DNA of 64,000 bases from Antedon mediterranea (lineage: Eukaryota > Animalia > Echinodermata). The notes under the pieces are model-generated. The model was not told the origin of the DNA. It was given only the letters and a program-made list of their open reading frames with translations, and did no database searches. The position numbers and the translations under genes were made by a program. This document shows, one piece after another, positions 13,601 to 25,822 of the stretch; position 1 is the first letter of the stretch, and the number at the start of each line of letters is the position of its first letter. The DNA is taken from NCBI RefSeq assembly GCF_964355755.1, contig NC_092673.1, forward strand, positions 6,882,001-6,946,000, given 5' to 3'.

Positions 13601-16600
13601 AAATGTTTGCATGTACACTTAATGGACTTAATAACACGCATAAATAGCCTTTATTATCACGCAAGCCAGAGAAGAGAATGAAATGGAAAATAAAGACTCG
13701 TTCGCACTGGACTGGTTAATTTAACGAGAGTGGTTTTTCCATGGCCCCTAACTTTTCAAATGGGTCCCTAATTTGTATTAACGGATTCTGCCAAAAAAAA
13801 ACACATTATTGCAGCAACTAGAAAAGGCAGTCTAGGACTACAATGTACATTACTGTTTACCAACTACCGGTACTATAAAACTAAGATAGCTATGCTAGGG
13901 CCATTTATGAGAGAACTTTAAACACGGACCACTTAGGTACAGTGCATTATTTCTCTCTTTTTATTACAATTATGACCTGGTTTAAATTTTTAAAATTAAT
14001 ATACAGTAAATAAAATATTGACATTCATTTTGATTTTTCGGGGCCGGACCGGAACCATGCCTGGAACAGGTGTGAAAGACTGTGACTGTGGCTAATTGTT
14101 GTTTGACAAGATTTCTTAACAATCCCAGGGTTATTGGTTTAAATCAAAGGATTTTTCAGCCAATCCTATAATTGATGAGTTGTTTGCTTGCTGTTAGATG
14201 ATATAGAACTTAAATTTGTTCTTTAAAAACATCTGAAAGTACCATTCAAAGTGTCTTGGTACATAATATAAATAGCTCCACCCCTCCCCGCCATTCTAAT
14301 CTCAGTAAGTACCACATGACACATGTACAACAGTACTGTATTAATTTACTTTAAATACATTACCTCATTTTAAGATCATGTAGTATTTCGTAAAGTATAC
14401 ATTGTCAATGTATTTTATTATCAACATGATAAATCCTACATAGTGTACTGTTCTCAGCTTCAGCTTGGAGAAGTATCTATTAAATAATGAAATACGAAAT
14501 TGTCAAAAATAGTGTTACACTAAAAGTAGTAATTGTACATATAATAACATACATCCAGGTACTGTACATCTGTTTTCTGGTTTTGTCTTTCATTAAGTTT
14601 ATTTGATAGTATTATCAGGTTTAAAATCTAAAATTCTGCATTGAACACATGTACTTTTGTAAACACCCATGCTGAAACCTTAGAACAAAATGTAAATAAT
14701 AAAAATAAAATGTTATAAAACACTGATATATCACAGAAGTAAAAGACCAAAAAGAAACTAGATTTGAACTCGTCACTTTGACGAGTTAGTTATCCGCACG
14801 ACAAACGCCACGTGCACGTCATACGTTGGAATATAGCACACAGAAAAAGATTATAGCATTATGAACTGAACTGAACAATATGATATGTTGTTAGTGCTGA
14901 ATTCTGTCAATTTTGTGTCTTATAGTATATACAGTGCAAACGGTATAATCTGTATACATATTACATACAGTGTAGAATAGGTGAAATTACGGGAGCCGCC
15001 ATTTATTCCTATTTTTAACATGGCGACGACATCAAAATGAAACACTAAAATAGTAATTTCGGAAGGAGATTGTCTCAGCAACAACATATTAACGTGTAGA
15101 AGAAATTTGGATACGTAAAATATTGATGCGCGCTCTTTTAAATGTGATGAACTATGACGCAAAATATGAAAATACGACTTTTTTTATTCAACTGGCCATA
15201 TTATGACGTCACAACATCCGATTGGCAAAATGTTTACATGAATTCGTATCTATAGTCCAATAGCTTCCAGAAAATGTTTTAATCATGATTATCATTTTTT
15301 ATTCTGACGAGCTAGAACAGATTGAAATTTACTGTAAAGATGAAAATAATTGACCCACGTTATTTACATTTTTAGATATGGTGACGTCATAAAAATTTAA
15401 ATATTTTTAACTCATGCGAAAGATAGTTGATATCAAAATCTGGGTTAAAATGGAAAACGGATAAGTGGAGATGCGCTCTATTAAATGTGATGCACTATAA
15501 CGAAAGATACAAAAATCCTATATTTTATATTCGCATGGCCATGACGATGGCGATGACGTCACAATGTCCGGTTAGCCATATTGATGCATATAATAACTTT
15601 TTTACCTTTAGTTTAGAAACTACGACTGTTTAAAAAAAGGTTTAATTTTGACAAATTTTTGAAGTTTTTCATAAAAAACGCACGTAAATTATCCAATTCG
15701 ACGTGCCCGTATGACGTAATTTGAAGTCGAAATTTCTTAAAAGTTGGTAAAATTACTAGAAAAGGCTGGAAAAACATAAATCACGCGAAAAAAGTATGTT
15801 TTTAACGCTACGTGTGCACCGTGCGCGTAAAAATTTGAGCACGGATGGGAATTTTTGACATGCTCAAAATGACAAGAAACGCGTAGAAAGAAATTAATTT
15901 TGCGCATTTCAAAATCTTAAATGCGCATGCGCGCGTGACTTTGTGTAAAACATGCAATTTTTTTCAACAGAAAGTTAGCGCCTGATATAAATTAAACTTT
16001 TGCAAAGTTTCAATTTAAAATGTTATTTGGTTTTTGACCTATGTTAAATACGAGAAAATCGTTAAATCGCACGTAAATCACGTTGCGCAACTCTAACGTC
16101 ATTCGCAATAGGAGGTGCACTATTTCACGTAAATGCCCACATGTAGACAAAGTTATAAAATGTTATGTTAGCACGTTTTAGAGATACGTGAGACACAAAA
16201 TTGACACAAAGAAAGAATAATAAAAAAAAAAAAGAAGATGATTTCATACAATTACAAGGAGTTATCTGCTGAATATGGATAACTAATAATGAAAAGAAAT
16301 AAAGATTTTAGAAGTGACTTGAATTTTCCAAGAGATTTATATACTGACGGATATAGAGTGGAAGCTGCATGGTTTTAAACCAATGTGCAAAAAAGCCTTA
16401 CTATACAGAATAGTTGTTAAGTCAACTTAGTTGCTAAAAAAGTCCAGTGCATGTACGGCAAAACAAAACTTGCGGCAAACAGAAATGGTGCTCATAATAA
16501 TTTCCAATAAGTGATGTTTATATTTCTTCAGAATAAGGTGGGTTGAGCTCACCAAGAACTATTAGACTAGACCATCATTATCCACCATGTAAACCTGTGA

Positions 16601-19600
16601 AAAATATGAAAATAATAAAATAAAATCATTTCCAACATGAAATTCATTTAACTGATTAAAGATTGTTTTTGATATAGTATAATAACCACCCTATGTAGGA
16701 GGTGATTTTCGTGTGAGGTGAAACATTCAGCATTGGCTTAATTATGGAAACCATATATGGATAGTGTTTGTGTATGATGAGGTTTTAATTTCACTGTAGG
16801 GATACAGATACTAAACTTACTAATCCATCCAGACTAAACAAATGCATTGATATGTACAAACAAAAGTGTGTAGATGAAAAGTGGCAGTGTGTCTTGGTGG
16901 TCAACATGCTTGTAATCAGAGTTGTTGGGTTCAAATCAGTCCCTGGTCGGGCAAAAACAGTAGTCCCATACCTTATAGAGACATGGAATGTACTTTCCTA
17001 AAGCCAGTTTCCGCAACTTTTGTGTCACAAAATTAGGAAATATGAATATGTATGCACTTTGATTCGTCACCGAACGTTAGGTTTTGTTGGGAGACCATCT
17101 GGGAATAGCATCAGGTGCTGTATGGGCGGAGAGCGTGTGGCTATAGTGTGTTGGAAGTTGGACTTCAGATCGTAAGAGTTTGAATCCAATGCATGCTCAT
17201 AGCATTGCCTGTGTCATTAGGCAAAACACTTTAATACGTTTGCCTCTCTCCATCCCAAAAGGGTACCTGGTTGGGTCAAAGCACCAACTGTGCTGATTAC
17301 TGGCTGCAACATAGAAGTATGTTTCCATATGTGTTAAAAAAAACTGCTTGAAAACAGATAGAATTTGTGATATATAAAATAATACATTAATATTATTATC
17401 TGCACATGCGAAAAACAGGGGAAAACATTTTATTCTCCATTAATTGTGTTTGAAAACAAAATAATCTTTTTTATATCTGCGTGTTACAGGTGTTAGTGCA
17501 CATCACAGCGTGCTTGATGCGGTTTCTGGTTTTAGACAAATGAAAAAATCAGCTTTCACCAACATCGCAGGACATCCAACAGCGCCTTCATCCACAACCC
17601 ACCACAGTCCACCCTATCATGTCTTTAAACACATAAGGGAGAAGGATATTGAAGATGAACTGAAGAAAAAAGCTTCGCGATCTCGTAAGTTTCTTAATGA
17701 TCATCCGACAATTCAATTTATGAAAAATGGCAATAAACATTGTAATAATATATTAAATAATGTTTATGAGTTGAATGGGATGAATATTTTCATGAGCTGA
17801 AAGAGGTTTTGGTTATTGCAGTGAAACTGAATTGAATGGCACAATCACAGTCTTTGAAGTTTTTCCCAATTCATCAAATATAAAATGTCTGAAAATAAAA
17901 TGTTATTAACCAACACAAAATGGCCATGGAACACACTGGCTTACTTTAATGGAATCAACCAATCAAACAGAAAGGATATTAGCACTTTGAACGAGATCTC
18001 CTGGACAGGTATAGTTGGAAATTTCCAATGTTATGATTTACCTTAAAATAAATATGTTGACTACTATTACTTTTATCTTATACAGTAGTTCCCAGGTTAC
18101 CTGTTGTGTCGAACTCGGCAAAAATCCATACACCCTCGGTTGTATCCAACTCGGCTGCAAAAATCTATCCACCTTCAGCTGTATCCAACTCGGCTGCAAA
18201 AATCCATTCACCCTCACCGTCCAATGTAAGTACAGCTTTCACATGTTCAGTCTTTAGGTATTTTTTATTAAATAATAATCGTTTTTTTCTTGAAAAATAA
18301 AGCAAGATTTGGATATAACTTGATTGGTCACTAGTGGACAACACTATACATGATATTGATGTGAGGCATCGTCCTACATATCAGGGCCGTATGCAAGGGG
18401 GGGGGGGGGAGGGGCACCCAATATTATGAAAATGGTCCAAAATATTAATCCGCACCCACCCAAATAAAATCCTGCGTATGGCCCTGCTTATGATGGGTTA
18501 GATCGTTGCCCATTTGGAGGCCTACAGGGCTCATGGAAATGTCATCCTTTAATACCATCCTCTCAGTGGACATGTTAGTGGACACCTCAGGACTCTGGAA
18601 CATCTGATATCTCATGTCGGAGAAAACAAAACTACTCTTTATTTGTTGATGTGATATTGCATCATTTTGAGTCATCATGTGTAGTATGATACCAAGATAC
18701 CCGGCCTAAAATATAAAAATAATAAAATGTAGAAAAATAAAATATCACTGTTCTTTTTCATTGTAATAACAGAGCATGAAACGAACATTACAGCCTAGAG
18801 CTTTTCCGGCTGCCAGTGAGAAAGACCGCACAGTCCTGGGTAAGATGATGAAAGATGTAGATAGTCAACACATGGATAAGACTCTGAGTAAAGCTCTACA
18901 ACCTGACGCTAAGAAAACTGTTGAAAAATGGTTAGAGTCTGCAAATGAAAAGGGTATGTACTAGAACCCCTATTAAGTGGAAACCTTTAAGACCCCCCAA
19001 AAAAGTGATCCCTGAATTGGTTGTTAAAATAAACATGCATTTCCTCTCATTCATGTCATGAGAAATTGTTCTCCAAAGGAGGGGTTCTTAAAGGTAGTTA
19101 AATTCAGTTTTACTTAGGCTTAGACATTGATGCTGTTTTAGTCATACAGGTACATCCAGGTAAGGTTATAAAGCTAGGGTGCTAAACCTATACCCTAGGA
19201 TTAAGGTTTTGTTGCCACTATGATGAAGCGCATACACGCAACACATGTGCAGTATTTAACCAACTTAACTGCCACTGGCATTACTTGTGTAGCTGTGAGG
19301 TTGGGAGTTCACACTATGTATTTCACAACTGAAATACTAAATAAATTTAACCTTATTAAAAATATAGTACAACCCCTAGGGGACAAAAGTCATCCCCCCT
19401 ATAGGGGTGTCACCTGAAAAGGGGTTTTCCATAAATCTTGTTTGTTTCACAGGAATAGGCCAGCATGTCCCAAAGGAGGGGTTCAACTGTATTAACCTAC
19501 AGTTTTGTCTTCATTTTCAGACCGAGCAGTTGCAATAGAATTCTTCAGTTCCCTTGCAGGAAGCAAGCTGATGGGGGTTCGAGATGGTAAACCCGCAGAC

Positions 19601-21323
19601 TGCAACATCTGTGATGGAACAAGACTTAAACAAGTTCTTGATGCTCTCTACAAGTAAGCACTTCCATTCCAGAGATACTAATGCATAAATAAGCAATAAA
19701 GTAATGAACTCCAGGGAGGGCTTCCTTGCACAAACTAAATTACATTACAATGTATTATACCCATTTCACAACTAAATCCAAAAGATTACTGAAAAAATGA
19801 CAATGCTGTGGGTATCAGGCGGATCTCAATGGATACAAATAAAATAAGCAAAAACCTAAATAAATAATAATAATAATAATAATAACAGGATTTTTATAGC
19901 GCATACCACTCAAGAGTGCTCAAGGCGCATTAAAAAAAATAAAACAAATCATACAAATGATTAAATAAAACAGCCAGAAAGAAATTGCTGAGCTTTCGGA
20001 AAAGAGAGTATTTGGAGAATAAAAGGTAGACTATATACTGATGCATATACATATACTGTAATACACAGCCTAGAAACTCCAAAGTTAAACACACCAGGAC
20101 GTCAACAGCATTTTTTACTGTGTGTGAAACAGGGATTAGTATAGTTTGTTCACATGCCACACAGTAATATTGATATTCTTCTTCAGAGTTCTCTGTTATA
20201 ATGTCTTGTTCTTTCAACACTACTGTATATAAGTCCATCACTGATTGTGACTTCCTTTTCTTTTCTTCCTTATATTGGGTATCCATTCTGTAACATCTTG
20301 TCCATCTGCATTTCTATCTCATCTCATGACATCTCCAATTATACCACTTCTGATGACATTTCCCTTCTTTCTACTTCTGGTGAAATCTCCATTCTTACCA
20401 CTTCTGATGAAATCTCCATTCTTACCACTTCTGATGAAATCTCCATTCTTATCACTTCTGATGACATCTCCATTCTTACCACTTCTGATGACATCTCCAT
20501 TCTTACCACTTCTGATGACTTCCATTCTTACCACTTCTGATGACATCCATTCTTACTACTTCTGATGACATCTCCATTCTTACCACTTGTGATGACATCT
20601 CCATTCTTCACCACTTCTGATGACATCTCCATTCTTCACCACTTCTGATGACATATCTCCATTCTTACCACTTCTGACTACATCTCCATTCTTACCACTT
20701 CTGATGACATCTCCATTCTTTACCACTTCTGATGACATCTCCATTCTTCACCACTTCTGATGACATATCTCCATTCTTACCACTTCTGATGACCTCCATT
20801 CTTACCACTTCTGACTACATCTCCACTCTTTACCATTTCTGATGACATCTCCATTCTTACCACTTCTGATGACATCTCACTTACCACTGACCTTGAAACC
20901 AACTCACACATGTTCTATTAGCTGTTGTATACTGGGCACTCTCGGAGAACATTCTTCTACTGAAGAATAAAACAAATATATATGTAGGCCTATAGCTTTA
21001 AAAAAAACACATTACAAATGACATACTTTTAAACAAAAATACTGTAATTATGTTTAAATTACTGAATATATAATTTTACTTACAGTGGCCAAAAAGCAGC
21101 CATCAAAGTTCCAAGGGATACAAAGCTCGGTCACTTCACTCGACGTCAACCACGCCTTCGTCTTCTATCACCTAGGACACGTGCGAACAAGGAGGAGCAC
21201 AAGACCTGGCACCATCTGCCTGTGTTTACCAACAAAGCACCGGTATCAAATACAATTGGCATGTTCACACGCCCTCATCGTGCCATCCCGCGCCACTTCA
21301 CCATTCATCCAGAATGGGAATAG
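7670..21323 (+). CDS. Uncharacterised ~420-aa protein, possibly ciliary; exons 7670-7918, 10027-10153, 17490-17684, 18086-18225, 18773-18953, 19521-19653, 21086-21323
   Basis: All seven exons have GT-AG boundaries and join in phase (0,1,1,0,1,2) with no stop until TAG at 21321-21323. Motifs: PRPCSVNRRNNPHPSQMFMTWKVP, VEKWLESANEKDRAVAIEFFSSL, C-terminal TWHHLPVF...RHFTIHPEWE. Family not recognised. Confidence 0.75.
7970..9874. repeat. Near-perfect ~125-bp inverted repeat pair (7970-8095 and 9750-9874)
   Basis: AGTGTTTAGTATAGGCTTACTGACGTTAACC...CTTACCTGTATAATACAGGTAAATT is the reverse complement of 9750-9874 with about 2 mismatches. Confidence 0.85.
10195..10552. mobile_element. TTAA-flanked MITE (Kolobok/piggyBac-like); degraded relatives near 31241-31562 and 50270-50580
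   Basis: ttaa-AGATGTATTGTCCC ... GGGACAATACATCT-ttaa terminal inverted repeat. Confidence 0.6.
10741..11760. repeat. 15-bp minisatellite (ACAGTACAGTA[T/G]TGT)n built from pentamers
   Basis: Direct reading; explains the spurious YCTIL/YSTVL ORFs; variant TTTGTCCAT recurs at ~11146, ~11414 and ~11637. Confidence 0.95.
12590..12820 (-). mobile_element. Degraded tRNA-derived SINE
   Basis: (AAT)n tail followed by TTCTTATATAGCGC at the left end; B-box-like GAGTCCGAATCC and A-box-like TGTGGCGCAGCG on the - strand at the right end. Confidence 0.45.
14756..16286. mobile_element. Solo full-length copy of the same Helentron/HINE-type element
   Basis: Starts AACTAGAtttgAACTCGTCACTTTGACGAGTTAGTTATCCGC and ends GGAGTTATCTGCtgaataTGGATAACTAA; colinear with 5016-6890. 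Confidence 0.8.
17130..17285 (+). mobile_element. Degraded tRNA-derived (CORE-like) SINE
   Basis: GTGTGGCTATAGTG...GAGTTTGAATCC head followed by TGTGTCATTAGGCAAAACACTTTA...GGGTACCTGG core. Confidence 0.4.
20320..20890. repeat. ~27-bp minisatellite (TGATGACATCTCCATTCTTACCACTTC)n
   Basis: Direct reading, about 20 units; lies in the last intron of gene 2. Confidence 0.93.
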
Positions 21324-22004
21324 AAGTTAATTTTAGCACCTGATAATCAAAAACTAGTTAATATTTGTTTATGTATTCTTTTTAACTATTTAAAACATGT
21401 ACTTAAAATTGGTGTGAATAATATGGATTACTGTGCTATGTCTTGCTTGATTATTGATATTTAAATTAGAATAATAAATATTCATAAACAATGCTTTTGT
21501 TGATGTTTATTACTCCTAATATGCCAAATGAAGTGAGAAGAGGGAGATATGGGGAGAGAGGGGTGATTTTTGTATTGAAATGAATTAAATAGATCGCTAA
21601 ATGCTCGGAAAGTAGTGATCAGTTTGAAGGCTATGTTGGGTAGAAAATAGGCCGCGTTACTATACACTGCACCACAGCCAATTAGTAAAAATTACTGCAC
21701 GACATGACTGTGCCCTACACACTCGGTCGTGCATGTTTCGCTTTCGGGAATTCCCCTTTTAAATCATGTGTAGGCCTAAAAAAACTGAGATTGATGGTCA
21801 CAGATTAGACGTACGCAAGAAGGATCGAGTAATTACATTAGTTGTTAATTAGAACCCCCATGTAAGCAGGCCTAGAATAACCATACTAATCATAATTTTT
21901 TTGAAAAGTATGGTCCTTTTTAGCTAATCTATTAATATCTTTGTAGGAGAAGTTGGAGCCAGGACAAAAACGTGGGAATAAATCAAGCAAGTTGTCGATC
22001 TTCT

Positions 22005-22256
22005 CTCCACACACAAATCACCACCACTCCACACGGCCGCACCACGCGTTCCACACACACATTACCACCACTCCACACGGCCGCACCACGCGTTCCACAC
22101 ACAAATTACCACCACTCCACACGGCCGCACCACGCGTTCCACACACAAATTACAACCACTCCACACGGCCGCACCACGCGTTCCACACACAAATTACCAC
22201 CACTCCACACGGCCGCACCACGCGTTCCACACACAAATTACCTCCACTCCACACGT
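22005..22256. repeat. 44-bp minisatellite, ~5.7 copies
   Basis: Unit CCACACACAAATTACCACCACTCCACACGGCCGCACCACGCGTT with period 44. Confidence 0.92.
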
Positions 22257-22974
22257 CCGCGGCACGTGACGAACGTCCCCAGGAAAGCAACGCATGCACA
22301 GTGCAACTAAAATGAACTTTTTAGCTATTTTATGAGATTTTCTTGTGATTTTCTAGGTCTATTTAGTATTAAAAGTAAGATTTGCCTGTTGGCTTTACTT
22401 CAAAATAGGCAAAAAATTATAATATTGTGCTATGCCTAGTCTAGTTTAAAGGGGCACTTTTAGGAAAAGGGATTTCGTTCGAACCCTAAGAACTTACTGG
22501 CTACGGGCTTACCTGAGATTAATCTTTCATTCATTTAAGTTACTACAGTTAACATAGCCTCCACATGAAATATAAAACTTTGGTTTAATTCGACCATACC
22601 AAGAAATTAATTTGGAATTACTTAATTTATTTTTATTCACTTTTTTTCCGCACTACATTTTATTATTTTTTTTGCATTAAATTTGTTTCACTTTAAGTTA
22701 TTACCGATTTTAGATTCTATGATAGGTCAAACAAACTAATATCTCATTTACAATTGTCTCACTGGTAATAATTCATTCATTTATGTCAACTTTTTACATT
22801 GAACAAATAATAAAAATTTAAAATAACAGCTTACGTTACAATGGAAGATTGACTGCTATTTAGTGTGGTTTTAAATTGACACTTACAATAGATTTTTGTT
22901 TGACTTATAATAGAATCTAAAATTGGTTTCTAGTGTCGGCAACGCATGCCATACACATATTGTGTGCATATAGG

Positions 22975-23605
22975 CATCTGATAACATCTCCATTCTTACC
23001 ACATCTGATGACATCTCCATTCACTAACACATCTGACGACATCGCCATTCTTACCACATCTGATGACATCGCCATTTTTACCACACCTGACGACATCTCA
23101 TTTCTTACCACATTTGATGACATCGCCATTCCTTTACCGCATCTGATGACATCTCGCTTACCACATCTGACAAAATTGTCATTCTTACCACACCTGACGA
23201 CATCTCAATTCTTACCACATCTGATGACATCTCCATTCCTTTACCGCATCTGATGACATCTCCATTCCTTTACCGCATCTGATGACATCTCCATTCCTTT
23301 ACCGCATCTGATGACATCTCGCTTACCACATCTGACGACAACGCCATTCTTACCAGATCTGATGACATCTCCATTATTACCGCATCTGACGACATCGCCA
23401 TTCTTACCGCATCTGACGACATCGCCATTCTTACCACATCTGATGACATCTCTATTCTTTTACCACATCTGACGACATCGCCATTCTTACCACATCTGAT
23501 GATCGACATCGCCATTCTTACCACATCTGACGACATCGCCATTCTTACTACATCTGATGACATCGCCATTCCTTTACCGCATCTGATGACATCTCCCTTA
23601 CCACC
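22975..23605. repeat. ~27-bp minisatellite related to 20320-20890
   Basis: Unit TGA(T/C)GACATC(T/G)CCATTCTTACC(A/G)CATC. Confidence 0.92.
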
Positions 23606-24610
23606 AACTGTTGCTGTATATTGAGAATACTGGGAGAAGAAACAAAAATATTAGCTTTAAAAAAACACTGAACATTACAAACAATGTATGATTTTAAACA
23701 AAATACTGTAGGCTTAATATGTTTAAATTACCGATTATATATATTTTTTTTGTATATTTCTCACCTGAATAATTACGTGTACATAATGTGGGAGATGAAG
23801 GGAACGTGTCAAAAGAACTGATGGAGAATACTTCCAAAATTATTAAACGTTATGTTGTTGTTTACAAACGGCAACGAGATGGTACTATGGTCATCACAAT
23901 CTTGGCACAGTAACGAAAGTCTTCACCAAACGTTTTCGTTTAGTGACGACACAGATGTGCCAGAAAAATCATCCCAGCTAAGAACTAATTGCTTTTTCTT
24001 TTGAATTTTATTGTAAAGATTGAAATTTAATTAAACTAGAAAAGTTAAAATGGTGTCACATTTTATTAAAACACGTGATAAAAAAAATAAAATAACGTAA
24101 CCCCTATTTTAAACTGTATTCAGTTACACGTTTATAATTCATGTTTTTAAAAAAAAGTACTAGTGACGTATAGATTTTGACCGGGAAATTCGAAGCATTT
24201 CAATCCAAATGTCGAGTAACTCAATATTTCTTTTTAGATCTCTGTACATATAAACGTGATGTACCGCAAACGTCATATCACCATATTTGATTTAGACTTA
24301 CAATCACTAATTCTTACTCTTCAGGTGTATTATTTCTTCTTTCTTTTTTCATTAGTCACCTTTTTTAGTCTCATACATTTTTTCGCTTTAGATAATTTAG
24401 AACCACATCGAAATACTACATTTTAACATTCGTTACTGTGTAAATACAATTTACTTTTCGTATTTACAATACACCATATCGGTGGACATAATATAACAAT
24501 CCAGTTTAGTTTGTTTTTAAATAATATTGTTCAATGCAAGAAGTCAACATAAATTAATAAATTATTACCGGATGAAACTGTATGTGGGGATTACAAACAA
24601 TTATTCAGAT

Positions 24611-24679
24611 CACGTGACGTAAAACAGCCAATCGGTCTGCTTACCTGTAAGTTTCCTTCATTGCAACTCTCGTATAAAA
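24611..24679 (+). promoter_or_regulatory. Candidate proximal promoter of GPCR 1
   Basis: CACGTGACGT at 24611, CCAAT at 24628 and TATAAAA at 24673, about 100 bp upstream of the ATG; motif match only. Confidence 0.3.
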
Positions 24680-24775
24680 AGGTATCTTGTTTGGGTTTAC
24701 CACTTCTTTCGTGGCAGAGATCACACTGACAGTTGTACAAAAATACACAACCTACTACGAGAAAAAGAATCAGCA

Positions 24776-25822
24776 ATGGAGAATGAAACGACGATAAACG
24801 ATAGTTTGCTGAACGTTTCACTTTCGACTAGGCCTACTGTAGAAGAATACAATATGAACGTTTCTATCGGAGACATATTTGGATGGCTTATGGTGATCAT
24901 AACAGTTTGTGGTAACATTATTGTGATTGTTTCTTGGCTGGTAGAAAAGAAAATAAACTCCAAACCAAACAACATTTTGGTGCTCAATTTAAGCATCGCT
25001 GATCTTCTTGTTGGGTGTGTTACACTGCCTTTGTATAACGTCTTTGTTCATTACGGACACTGGACTCTTGGAACATTTGTTTGTAAAATGTGGGTGTTTA
25101 TTGACTTTACAGCTTGTCAACAGTCACTTTGGATGATTCTATTAATTAGTTTAGATCGATATTGGATGGTGAAAATGGGTTTGAAGTATAAACGTTTTCA
25201 AACACATCGTAGAGCAGCTGCTATGTCTGTTATTGGATGGATACCTTCCTTGTTAGCTGGCGTGGTGGCTTTGGTAATTAGTAGGCTTGGCTGCCCAGAA
25301 CTCATAAAGATTGGTGACAATATGTGCACTGTGGCAATATCTGGTGACGCTTTGAATATCTTCTATACCTTAGTTTTTTTTATTACACCATTGATACTTT
25401 TAATCTATTTAAATACTTTTGTATATATAAATATTCGTGCACGAGTACGTAGGCAACCTTTAAATGTTTCGTCCGTCGGATATCAGAATAAACAACGTGT
25501 AGGCCTAAACCCAAATAGGTCTAGGCAAATATCCCACCTAAATCAACCGTCTTCAAGCATGAGAGTCACACACCGCAACCATTTGTCCATCGCTCTTGTG
25601 TCAGCAGTTTTCATTTGTTGGTTCCCAATGAATGTATCCGTAATTGTATACACGTCTTGTGGCTGGTGGAACCGGAAGTTCCTCGCCTACCTATTCTGGT
25701 CAAATTCCATGGTGAATCCGTTCGTATACGCAGTTACAAACCTTCAATTCAGAGAATTCGTTGTAAAAGTCATATGTCGTTCCAAACATCCTAGAACAAC
25801 CAGAGTACAAGTAATAAGTTAG
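24776..25822 (+). CDS. Intronless class A (rhodopsin-family) GPCR, aminergic type (histamine H3/muscarinic-like), 348 aa
   Basis: N-terminal N-glycosylation sites, GN (TM1), LSIADLLVG (TM2), CKMWVFID (C3.25, D3.32), ISLDRY, CWFP, NSMVNPFVY. Confidence 0.93.
   Translation: MENETTINDSLLNVSLSTRPTVEEYNMNVSIGDIFGWLMVIITVCGNIIVIVSWLVEKKINSKPNNILVLNLSIADLLVGCVTLPLYNVFVHYGHWTLGTFVCKMWVFIDFTACQQSLWMILLISLDRYWMVKMGLKYKRFQTHRRAAAMSVIGWIPSLLAGVVALVISRLGCPELIKIGDNMCTVAISGDALNIFYTLVFFITPLILLIYLNTFVYINIRARVRRQPLNVSSVGYQNKQRVGLNPNRSRQISHLNQPSSSMRVTHRNHLSIALVSAVFICWFPMNVSVIVYTSCGWWNRKFLAYLFWSNSMVNPFVYAVTNLQFREFVVKVICRSKHPRTTRVQVIS

Noticed and set aside
16532-16537. 6-nt microexon candidate cag|AATAAG|gt in gene 2 intron 2
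   Set aside because: Creates an in-frame TAA in the required phase and has no other support.
20247-23569. Repetitive ORFs (ILTTSDD, PHLMTS, HTAAPRVP types)
   Set aside because: Translations of the 27-bp and 44-bp minisatellites.
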